A DNA stretch of 63,995 bases, counting the filler, from Porpidia crustulata (Eukaryota), in the NCBI GenBank assembly GCA_964255105.1. It is 8 parts of 8 records of this genome, joined end to end, with 100 filler letters (N's around TTAATTAATTAA, not from the genome) between each part and the next. Parts side by side here need not be neighbours in the genome. Positions count along the whole stretch, not along the records: positions 8,104 to 16,095 come from CAXUWE010001201.1; positions 16,196 to 24,182 come from CAXUWE010001202.1; 6 more parts are not named here. The stretch is one strand, 5' to 3'. This document shows, one piece after another, positions 11,485 to 22,000 of this stretch. The notes under the pieces are model-generated. The model was not told the origin of the DNA, made no database searches, and saw only the letters and a list, made by a program, of their open reading frames with translations. Position 1 is the stretch's first letter. Each line of letters begins with the position of its first letter. Position numbers and translations under genes: made by a program.

Positions 11485-11799
11485 TAGACTTTGAGGTTGT
11501 TGTGAACCCTAACTAGGCGTCAAGAGACATCCGGTTGTAGGGATTCTTTTAGATGATTTAGTAATTGATATGCAACGGTCCGTCAGCATTAACGTGTGCC
11601 ACGTAGTGTCTCCCATCTTTTTCCTCAACCTTCCTTAAAATATTCGAGGTCTTGCAATTATACCTTGTGTACCTTACGTTGATGCTTGATTGAGCTTGAG
11701 ACAGATTATTAGAGCAGACTAAATACAGCATTTATCCAAATTAACATTCCGCACACTATAGGAAAAAGAAAGCTAGAACATGATGTCCCTGGAGCTCAT

Positions 11800-12150
11800 T
11801 CATAGAAATTCTGCTGGGACTTTGACAGTGCTATTGTTGCTGTTGCTGACGGAATAAAGAGGCAGTGGATGATTGATGTTGGTATGATTACCAGTTACAT
11901 CAGCTGCGGTGAGTAATTTCGCCACGGGTAGCCCATGGGCTATCGCCATCCCTTCAAGTGAAGGTTCATGCGAACCGTGGCCCCCACGAAGCCAGGCCCG
12001 AATCCCAGCTATTGGCTGTCGAGGACACCTGGTCTTCGGATGCGGACGGTCCTGGAAAGATATACGACGTACGCGAGATGGAACATGCTCGATTCCATCT
12101 TGCTCTGTTGCTGTACCGCTGGACTTGTTCCGGATGATGATGATGCACAT
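11800..12150 (-). CDS. Hypothetical 116-aa protein
   Basis: ATG-initiated ORF about 90 nt downstream of a TATATAA box (12241-12247) and a fungal-type CA-rich leader. No recognisable domain. Confidence 0.3.
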   Translation of the reverse strand: MCIIIIRNKSSGTATEQDGIEHVPSRVRRISFQDRPHPKTRCPRQPIAGIRAWLRGGHGSHEPSLEGMAIAHGLPVAKLLTAADVTGNHTNINHPLPLYSVSNSNNSTVKVPAEFL

Positions 12151-12618
12151 ATTGGATATCGTTGAAGGTTATAGGGATTTCTTGGTTGATGATTGACGAA
12201 AGTTGGTGGTCCGTAGTGACAGCAATAGGCAATCACTTTCTTATATATCAAACCTCAAGGGGCATTCCCACTTCCATTCCCTCGAGGTTCTGGTTTGAGG
12301 GGCATAGGGGTGGGAGACGGAGTCCAAAGAAGAGAGTTTAGCTAAGCCTCGCGCGCGGTTACATGCCAGGTGAGATAAATAAAGCTAGGTGAGGTTGATA
12401 GCCTAAATACAAGCAGGGATGTACTAACCCCACAACATGTACCTTATTTAGACGCACACGCGAAGAACTCAGGTGACCGTCTTGTGTATGCTAAAGCATT
12501 GGCATTATGGAAGGATACTGCCATTATTACGATTACCCATCAGTCTACCTAGATAAAGACACGGCGTATGAAACTGGACACCATTACGGGAGAACAAGAC
12601 CGAAAGATAGGAAGGCGT

Positions 12619-13462
12619 TCACAATCCACAAACAAGCCCCAATATTACAGCTAGAACGCAGGAAGTCATAGAAAGATGAAGAGATTCGCCAACGCCCTTG
12701 AATATAATCTGTGAGGCTCCCGCTGAGTTGTTCGAGCTTGAGGTGAGCGTCGGCGATATGCCACTGGCGGTTGTCGCAACTTGTGTGGCACCGCTCGAGG
12801 TTTGGGGACTTGTCGGAGAGAATTGACCGCTCGGGGCCACGGATTGGACTGCGGAGGTAGCGGTCTTATGGGATGTCGTGGTCGAGAAGGCCACTGGCCC
12901 TCTGCTTGCCGTCGACCTGATACCAGGATTCATACCTGTTCCAGCAACCGGACTATGTGTGCCGGATCCAGACCAGAAAACCCCAGTAGCAACCGATGCG
13001 GAGCTGTTGGGATACTTCGGAGGCATATTGATGTTACCCGTCGGCATATATTTGATCCCAGAAGCTGTACCCATCGGGCTCGAGGGCGCGGATTGCCAGC
13101 TCACTGTTGTGATAGAAGCGGGGTGCGTAAAAGAGCTAGTCTTGTCGCTACCTCCGGCTGTTGGTAGGACGGAATTCTGAGCATTACCACTGGTTGCAAC
13201 GGTTGCTGTGTTAATTGTAACTGTGGCTGTGTTAGTGGTTGTAACAGCGGTAGGTCTTGCTGTGTCTGAAGTGTCAGTCGGTCCCCAGTTGAGACCCAAC
13301 CCCAATGACGCCGAACCCGCTTGTGGAATGGCGAGCGGTGAGACTTGGCTACTGTCCGTGAGTCTCTACCAAGAATGACACAAAAACAGGAAATTCGAAC
13401 CTTAAGCCTCCAATAGCCAAAGCGCTCACGCAGTACAAAGACAGGACTGCCAGCAGACCCAT
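12619..13462 (-). CDS. Secreted Ser/Thr-rich, probably GPI-anchored protein (2 exons)
   Basis: Signal MGLLAVLSLYCVSALA, a GT..CAG intron at about 13400-13352, an S/T-rich body and the terminal FKGVGESLHLSMTSCVLAVILGLVCGL*. Confidence 0.75.
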
Positions 13463-13986
13463 ACTTTTCGATTCTTTAGGACTGTCTGGATTTATAGAGA
13501 GAGGAATGAGGTGAATGTATCGAGGAGAAAGGAACGAGGGAAGCCTATAAGAAAAAAGTGCGTCGGGATCAATAATTAAGTATAGGTCGAAGCGCTTACG
13601 AGTTAGCACCTATATTTAGCATGGCCGACTTCTCATTCAGCTTTCCCACTCGGGGATGGGGAATCTATGAAAAAGGACTGGGGGCCTAGGGGTTCTTCCT
13701 TGAAGGCGAAAGGCACTCAGGTTCCATCCTCGGGGGTCCTTGGGCATGAATTTGCGTGCTTTGCATGAGCTCAGAGGCTTAACGAAAACTCCTATAAAAG
13801 GAGCCAACTCCAAGTATTGACAATACTCTTTATCAAAAACATACGCAAGAGAAGAACAGTTGATCTGGTCTTTGTTCCATCATCATCGATAATTTATTTC
13901 ATTCAAGACCCGTTCGTACAATCCATTTCTCCATTTTACACAGCAATCTCAAATAGCGCCCTAGTAATTTCTCAAACTTCTTAGAG

Positions 13987-16095
13987 GTGTCTGAACTACC
14001 ATTGCACTCCCCTACCAGACAAATTCGTTCCCAAATAAGCGAATCCGCTCAATTCTATACTGAACCACCCGTACGATCTCGATCACCTCGAAAGAGAACG
14101 CAAAAACCAACTACTGAACTGCACGACAGTCAATCTAGGACAAATCTTGCGGGAGAACCAACACCGTCGGTGCCCACAACGGAAGATGATCCATTTCGCG
14201 ACAGATCCAATATTCACAGATCTCCACCTAGTCAACAACCCGGATCATCACAACCGCAAGGACAAGTACAGATGCCACCGCCACCAGTACCAGCCTCGAT
14301 CTATAACACTGCTCAGAATAGTCCAGTCGTGTCTGAAGAAGATTCTCCATCTAGAGGTCGGGCTCTCCGACCTAGTCCTCCGAACCCAATGTCGACAGTA
14401 CCGCCATTAGGGCCACCACAAACACCATCAAGGCCGTTGCAACCCTCTCGACAAGAAACGCCTCCGACTGTACGGCAGAATGCCCCAGCAGCTGTCGAGA
14501 CGGCTCCCGCTTCAAATAGTCAAGCCAGCAGCGCGGGAGCGGAAGCGGAATCCAATGCTCAACCTACTCAAAGTATCCAACCCAGAGCTCCTTCTCCAGG
14601 ACGGGGAGGGTCGCAAGCCATTCAATCATCTCAGACTAACTCAAACCCTACATCAATCCAAGCATACGCCGCGGATCTGGAGCAGAGAGGGTACACTCCG
14701 GAACAGATTGCCGAACTTGTATCCGCAAAAAAGGGAAAGGGAAAAGGCAGCGAAACCCTCGTTTCGGTCGAGGATGACGGAGCGACTTTCGAGCGTAGTG
14801 CCTTTGGCGGTAACGGTAGAGACTCGGACGAAATAACAGAAGAAGATAAGCAACAGGAAATGAATATGCTAAATTCAGCAGTGCCACCCGGAACGGCGAT
14901 CGAGGTGCCGCCTAAGATATTGGGCATTTACCAAGGGATCCGTGACGACCTTAAAGCACTCTGGCTTGACCCAGATGATGCTCGCGCCATCAATGAATTA
15001 AATCAGAGCAATGAAGACATTTGCAATATGAATCGTAGGATTTATCCAAATGACGCAAGCTCCCAACGCAAACACCAGATTCCAATTCAGAACCTGCGAT
15101 TCCATATCAGACACATTCGCCAGATATATAACAACATGCAGCAACGCTCCAGGGAGCAGCAGGGCTCAAGCACAAACCCTGTGGGGCGGGATTCCGAAAT
15201 CCTTGAGGCCGCTAAGTTGTTCGTTGTCCGCATGCAGGAACTACAAATACCTGTTGTGGATACTATAGATCCAGCAATCGGGTTGACTTTGATGAAGGAA
15301 TTGATTCGTACAACCCAACAGGCAGTTCCCACCAATTCTGGAACAGAGGTTAACCCAGACATCAGACCTGAAAATCCAGGTCAAATGATCGCGCCCCCAT
15401 CAGCCCGAGGGGTCATGCCCCAGCAGCCAATATACTTCACACCATGGGGGATTGTCACAGGTGTGATGCCTGCGGGTACCGGTTGTCGGGTACTTGTCAA
15501 TGCTGGCACGCCAAATCTACCACGATACTTCCTGTATCCTGGAGCTGTCTTTGGAAAACGTGTGGCGAAGCAGTGGCTGACAAATATTCAGTTAACAAGT
15601 GTGATGGAGAGAGAGAACGCAATACTACGACTTTGGACTGACATTGCCCGAGTTGACTATGTGGTGGAAGTGATGGCCAACAGTGGATCTCGAAATCCAA
15701 TATGCTATGTTCACCTGGTCTTCAAAGAGAACAACTCTCAACCACAGTTGAGAAAGGAGGAATGGCAGACCAAAACGGGATTTTTCAATATTGCTAACAA
15801 AGAGCAAGGAAATATGATGCTTCGACAGGTTGCTCGGGCAGATGAAGAGGCGGCACGTGGCTGGGCCCTGTGCAAGACCGCAGATCTTCACCCCAAAACC
15901 CGTCTTCCTTTAACAGATCAAGAGAAGGAGCACATGCCATGGTTGACATCTCAGCATTATGTCCCCTTCCAAACTATTGCGAATGACACTGTAACGCATG
16001 GAGGACCACAAACTCGATCTCAGCTTCAACAACCAGCATTTTCCAATCAACAGCCTGCACTTCCAACCCAGCAGCCCGCACTTCCAACCCAGCAG
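13987..16095 (+). CDS. Large orphan protein (about 700 codons open), Pro/Gln/Ser-rich N-terminus and globular C-terminal region; truncated by the contig end
   Basis: Uninterrupted 2.1-kb ORF with TATAAAA at 13793. The first in-frame ATG is at 14272, so the true start is uncertain. Confidence 0.7.
16027..16095 (+). repeat. Coding 21-nt tandem repeat (QQPALPT), at least 3 units, broken by the contig end
   Basis: QQPAFSN QQPALPT QQPALPT QQ directly before the N run. Confidence 0.9.
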
Positions 16096-16195
16096 NNNNN
16101 NNNNNNNNNNNNNNNNNNNNNNNNNNNNNNNNNNNNNNNTTAATTAATTAANNNNNNNNNNNNNNNNNNNNNNNNNNNNNNNNNNNNNNNNNNNN
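16096..16195. other. Artificial contig spacer
   Basis: 44N-TTAATTAATTAA-44N. Confidence 0.99.
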
Positions 16196-16335
16196 GTTGG
16201 TGGGATTTCTGATGACATTGGGTGCTTGTTTTGGGTATGGGGAGTGAGGTGGTTCGTTTTACTATCTGGAAGGCATGTTGAGCTGCCGCGCGTGGTGCTT
16301 GTACGCGTCGGTGGAGTCAATTCATCGGTGTGTTC

Positions 16336-16351
16336 AGGGTTAGGGTTAGGG
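16336..16351 (+). repeat. Short interstitial telomere-like motif AGGG(TTAGGG)2
   Basis: Read directly; about 100 bp upstream of the APH-kinase pseudogene start. A similar AGGGTTAGGGTT lies near 61087. Confidence 0.7.
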
Positions 16352-16452
16352 TAACGATATCGAATTAGTTTTGTCAGAGCAAGCGTTCGAGATATACCTT
16401 AGATATTACAAATTATCCCACTACTGTCACCTTTCAAGCTATCTAGAACGCG

Positions 16453-18277
16453 ATGCGAGCAGTCTTCACCGAGGCTATCGCGTAAGTTCTCCGAAGGAAT
16501 TGCAAGATTCCAACGGCGATGGCAAGAAACCTCTCTTTCTCATGCCGTGGTGAGCATCCTTCAATGCAAGCACACAACCTTCTGACCTTGGGGAAAAGGC
16601 CAACCAATCAGTGAAGATGCGCTTTTTCAGTATTCTAACGGCCGAATTTTGATGGATGAAGAGCAGCAATACCTGAAGCGGCGCGTTAAATTTGACGTTC
16701 GAAAATTGTCTGACGTGGTTGTGTCTCTTACAAAAAATGGTGCTCCGGTTTGCAAGATTGATAAAATGGAAGGAGGCTTCAGCAAAGCCCTTCTGATGAC
16801 TACAGAGGATGGTATGGAAGTGGTCGCGAAGATTCCTTGCCCGAATGCAGGAAGGGCTAAATACTCCACAGCCTCTGAAGCTGCAGTTCTGCAATATAGT
16901 GTGGTACCTTTCCCCCTCGGGCGAGCTGTCCAAAGCTAATGGCCTGGGGGAATCTAGTAAGCTCACATACAACAATCCCTGTTCCGAAGATTCTGTCGTG
17001 GAGCGCAGATCCCTCGAACCCGGTCGGTGCTGAATACATTATTATGGAGAAAGCTCCTGGCATACAGCTTTTCAAAGTCTGGGATGATATCACAGAGGTC
17101 GACCGACTTAAACTTATCAAAGGCTTGACCCAGTTGGAGAGCCAGTTTGCTGCTATTCGATTCCCAGCATATGGCAACTTGTACTTCCGGCATTCGATCT
17201 CGAAGGCATCGGAACGGATTCTTCTAGACTCGTCAGTGGATCCAACTGGCACGTTCTGTGTTGGCCCTGCGTGTAGTCCAGCGTGGACAGATGGTATATC
17301 CTCAGCTGATATCAAACCCGATATCGACGCAGGTCCCTGTAAGTAACATCGCTGCTTTACATGCTCCGTGCTGACTGTGATCGAATGAAAGGGCCTACTA
17401 TTTTGAAATTTGGGTTAGGACTGACACAGAGGTCTATTGCTCGGACTCGTCTCCACCCAGCTGGAAACACAACTCCTCTACTTCACGGTGCGGTACGAGA
17501 TCACTTATCTATACTTAACGCCACTGATAAGCTGTTGCCAATCCTAACGAAACACCCTCCTTTGCTAGAAAGGTCACGGGCAACAATGTGGCATACGGAC
17601 CTGCATATGGGCAACATATTTGTCTCGTAAGAGGATCACACTCGAATAATATGTCTCATCGACTGGCAATCTACATCCATTTCCCCTCTATTCCCACAAG
17701 CTCGGTGGCCTACTTTTCTGAGGCCTCCAGAGGGATACTGTGAAGGCCCAGAACATCCGAAGCTGCCCGAGAATTTCGGTGACCTTGATACTGATGAGAA
17801 AAAATTAGCTTTATTTGAGAATGACCGGGCTATTTCCGCCAAAGCCTATGAGGTCGCAACGTACCTGAATAATCACGACGTATACACTGCAAGATGGGAA
17901 ATATTCGACCTTTTGCAAGAGTTTTTCTCGCGTATCGGAGACACATGGGATGACGGAGTTGTCCCACTACGTACCTGCCTTATCCAAATCGTTAAGAATT
18001 GGGAGCAATGGGCTTTCTAGATCCGTGCCCGATTCACTTCGCTTCTGCAGAAATAGCATCTCATGAAACGCAATTGTCTGAATATACTCAATGGCATGAG
18101 ATACAAGAGTTCGCGCAGAATTTTCTCGATACAGATGCTGAAGGTTGGGTACCTCCAGGAACAGATTGGTCTAAGAAACGGTTACAGAACAAGGCACTAC
18201 TGGAACTCATGGTCGAGCGCTTGAAAACTCAGAAGTCGGAGGGGGAAGTGAGGCGAATGTGGCCATTCCCATTGTAA
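16453..18277 (+). pseudogene. Aminoglycoside phosphotransferase-like (APH/AIM9-like) kinase pseudogene
   Basis: Motifs LFQYSNGR, KMEGGFSKALL, VVAKIPCPNAG, TASEAAVL, VGAEYIIMEKAPG, WHTDLHMGNIFVS and IDWQS. In-frame TAA at 16483 and 17628, and a 1-nt frameshift near 18008 (NWEQ/MGF). Confidence 0.88.
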
Positions 18278-18684
18278 CAACCGTTTCATCTTTCCAAAAT
18301 GAGTTTGCTCAGTTCAATAAAGCAACAAAAAGGGGCCAGTGTAATCCATGGGAGAGGAATCTACTTTCCATTGCTTCATTCAGGACGCCTGCATTCCCGA
18401 ATCTAACCTAGATTTCCAACTTCTACAAGAGTGAATTTCACTGAAATCGCTGGACCAAGTTGTGCGCGGTAAAGGCTACACGACCAAACTCCCTAAGTCT
18501 ATCTTCACTCGAAAGACCAAAACCCTAGGAGGCCACAGGGCCAGTGTCTCGCCATTGCGTATCTATTTTTCCGACCGCCATGGCTCAGCCACGGCTCAGG
18601 ACCGCTCAACCCGGCTGAAAGCAGCCACCGCTCACCAATGAAGCTAGAAGTGGAAGAGGGAGATATGTTTCGTGATCATGTTTA

Positions 18685-18754
18685 GTATGGTAGACATCTG
18701 ATGTAGCTTGAAGCAGCTCCAGGGAGGTAAGGGGCGATGAGAACACGAGCTTGC
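18685..18754 (+). repeat. Diverged direct repeat, copy 1
   Basis: Core TAGACATCTGATGTAGCTTGA (18691-18711) is identical to 21695-21715, with partial similarity over about 70 bp. Confidence 0.85.
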
Positions 18755-18943
18755 ATTAGGTACTTGGTGCCCGTTCAACATATGTCTGACAGTTTTCACC
18801 TTACGAGTGAACGTTATCTTGAAAATCTAAATAAGCTTTTGAACGATCATAAGAGTTGCTAAAATTCTGCCTGCCTGTCCGCTCTGAGAAGATTAGTACC
18901 GCAGGATTCAGGAGACTGACAACAGTCGTTTTAAATTCTTAAA

Positions 18944-19320
18944 TTTCCGAAAGAAATTTTTTTTCATCGAAACGTCAAAAATCAGCTTTTTGTGATAACA
19001 GTGATACACGCTTTATTGATTATCGATCAGAATCACACAGATTGATGGATTGTAGATTGCAGATTAGTTGTTTCATCTGTACACATAATTACATGAGATT
19101 GAAAATGTGCAGAGCGTACAAAGTTCACAGCTACCGAAGGTTGGTGCCCACGATTATAAGCAGCGTGACAACCGTAAATTTCACGAAAACATTGACAACA
19201 TGAAGCTGACATCTCATGTAAATTATCATGTGTATATAGACGAAATTCGAACGATATGTAGTAGAATGTTGTTCACTGTATCGTTAAAAGCCGATTTTGA
19301 CGTTTCGATCTCGGAATTTT
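18944..19320. mobile_element. AT-rich fold-back/MITE-like element with long degenerate inverted arms
   Basis: 18966-19008 ATCGAAACGTCAAAAATCAGCTTTT..GATAACAGTGA is the inverse of 19268-19309. An inner pair, 19071-19099 (..ACACATAATTACATGAGAT), is the inverse of 19211-19245. Confidence 0.6.
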
Positions 19321-19587
19321 CGAGGCAGTACTCTACCTTGAATAGGTACTTGGATATCTGGCAATTGAAGATTATTGAGAAAATCTTTGAGTACGAATTT
19401 CACCATGCAGTATAATGATTTCGCGTGCATGTAGAGTCTGCAGCCGCGTCGTGTTCGGTATCTAGCGGAGGACATGGCTCTGGACACTGGAAAAAGGGGC
19501 ATGTAAAACAGAGAACATAGGTAGGCAACTACCTCACCTTTCAATATTGGCCTGTAACTTACTACACAGCAGAGCCAGCCTGAAGTC

Positions 19588-21062
19588 TCAGCCCCAAGCA
19601 CCGCCCAAATCCACGTTCCCAGTCCATGTCCAGCCCAACATATCATCCGCCAACTGCCAACTCCTAATCGCATCCGCTTGCCCATCCTGAGTCGCGACCG
19701 CAAATGCTTTTCCAATGGCGGTGACCGCCACGCTCTCATGGACGCCCTTACTCTTCGTCGAATTCACCATCAGCGAAGGATGCGCATATTGTTCCAACCA
19801 GTCATTTCTTGCTCCAGACCAAGTATCGACCTCGATCCCTCGGTTGGAGAGGGATAGGACTTCGATCCAAGTTTCGTAGCCAGTGGAGACGTTGGAATAA
19901 GAGGAAGCAGCGGCGATAGGTGAGCCGGCTGGGATCGTGTGGTAGATTTGTGAGTTAAGTGACCAGCCATTGACTGTGTCTTGAGCATTAGCAGGATCGA
20001 GGAAGAAGAGCCATGAACAAACCACCGTTGTTCTTCGAGGCTGGTCCCCAGCTTGCCAGACTTTTGTTGAGCTCGGACTTCTGGTGATAGAGGTTGATCT
20101 GATCCTCCTGCCCCCCTAAGGTAAAACGGCTGCAATGCAAGTCCAGTCCCCATTCCCGGGTCAAGTGCTGCACCCATTTGCCCCAAAGTCCAGCGATTGG
20201 ACGTTAGATTGCCAATCTGGATAAACCCATTCTCGTCTTGGAAAGCGATAATGGTGGTATTGGCACAAAGATCGCACTGGTTGTACATGGCCGCTAAGCT
20301 GGAATTTGGCATTGTTGTGTATCCTTGAACTGATAGAGATCCTAGGACCCACTTGCCTGTCGCCAGAGTGTAAGTCGTGTCGTGAATGATGTTATTTGTG
20401 TCGAGATAGAATACACTGATTGCCTACAGAGATGTATGTTAGCAAGGATCAACAGAAGTGGAAGAGACGGGACTTGCCAGAGGAAAACTTGGGCGCGATA
20501 CTGCTGCCGCAATGGCAGACCCGTTCTTCGCACCGATGCCAATATTCGTGATGGTCCATATGCCATTGTCTGCAGAATTTGCAGCCTCCATTATCTGTCC
20601 AGCATTGTCTTGAAAGTAGACACGAGTATTGTTCACGGATTTTGAGGCGAAGGATAACGCGGCGATGTTACGCCGGGGTGGCGCAGTAGGAAGCGTAGTA
20701 GATGAGTTTAGAGAGTCGGATGATGATAGTGTTGCAGAGCTTCTATGTCTCGATCCAAAGACTCCTCCCAGCGCAGCTGCGAGAGCAGCTATCAATCCGA
20801 CTGCTCCAAACAACAGCAGCCATTTCCTCCTCGAGCCTCGAGAGGCTTGGACAAGTTGATCGCCAAGGTCGTGCGCACAGTATTCTTCCTTTGCTGCTAC
20901 TTCAATTCCAATACTATCACCTATTTGCTGCTTGCCATCATCCGGAGATACCTGCTTTCCCGGGTCGGTTGATGGGTTTCTCTGATGTCGATATGTATGA
21001 TACATATACTGCTGTGGGACAGCTTCCAACGTGCTGTATGTTCGGTCCCCTTCGGCACTCAT
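19588..21062 (-). CDS. Type II membrane protein with a fungal fucose-specific-lectin-like beta-propeller; apparent +1 frameshift
   Basis: ATG at 21062. TM segment WLLLFGAVGLIAALAAALGGVFG. Repeats TRVYFQDNAGQIME, ISVFYLD, IIAFQDENG and INLYHQK. GC-AG intron 20477-20424. The frame changes at the G6 run 20111-20116. Second intron at about 20023-19977. Confidence 0.65.
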
Positions 21063-21687
21063 CGTGATGTACAGAAATCTAGAAAATTGAAGAGAAAAGA
21101 AAAAAAAAAACAGTGGAGAAAACAACTACCGTGTTTCATCGTGCTTACCATGCTTACCTTGCTTGCACATGCAGCGATAGCGTATGCCTTGTTGCCTTAC
21201 TAGAATGAAGGTTCGAACTCCCGACAAGCCCAGATCTGAATCTTATCATAAGAAATCGCTGCCCGTCGACCCTTTTTCCTAAATTATTAGCTACGTAACC
21301 CAATTTCCTGCAGATTCGTCCCCTTCCTGGTCGAGAAATAAGGAGATTTCCAGCACTGAGACCGAATTTGGGCCAGAACTCGAACATTGTAATGTGTTGG
21401 CTGGCTTTTATCTCACTCACCCACTCATTTTTGTGTCTCTGATTCTTAGCTAGAGAGAGTTCTTGGCGCCCTGAGGCAGCTGAGATTGCTCAACACTTAT
21501 AGAACGCTACTTACGCCATACGAATCATGTGCGTGTCCAAACAATTGATACAGTGTCATGATTCAGGTGAGGCTGATGCTTGCGGGCCCAGAGAGCTTCG
21601 GCTGTTTCACCGGCAATCTGCTGTGTAACCTTGTCTGTAACCTGGACTTCGTTGAGCACTACGCTTCAACTCGACACTAAAGAGGAT

Positions 21688-21761
21688 GTATGGATAGACA
21701 TCTGATGTAGCTTGAGGTAGTTCAGAAGAGCTAGGGGGTAATGAGCCGAATACGCGGTTGC
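21688..21761 (+). repeat. Diverged direct repeat, copy 2
   Basis: Matches 18685-18754 with a 21-nt identical core. Confidence 0.85.
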
Positions 21762-22000
21762 TCTTGCTAGCGTTCTGGCTGCTTGTCCGCAATAAGATGA
21801 TTTCCAATCATAGTATCAGAGTCGGCAATTTGAGGCAACGAGGAGTAATGTTGACAAAGCTCATCGAAGATCTCTGACTGTCACTGTGAGAAATGCTGAA
21901 CTGCAGTTCTATGCGCGTCTGCCGCGTATTTACGTGACTAGAGACGAGAGTTGCTCATTAGTGCCACTTCAGTAATCGGAGGAAACAGAAAGTCAACTCC

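Noticed and set aside
16336..16351. Telomere or telomerase-RNA template at the TTAGGG motifs (also near 61087)
   Set aside because: Only about 2.5 units, internal to the contig, and no other telomerase-RNA features recognised.
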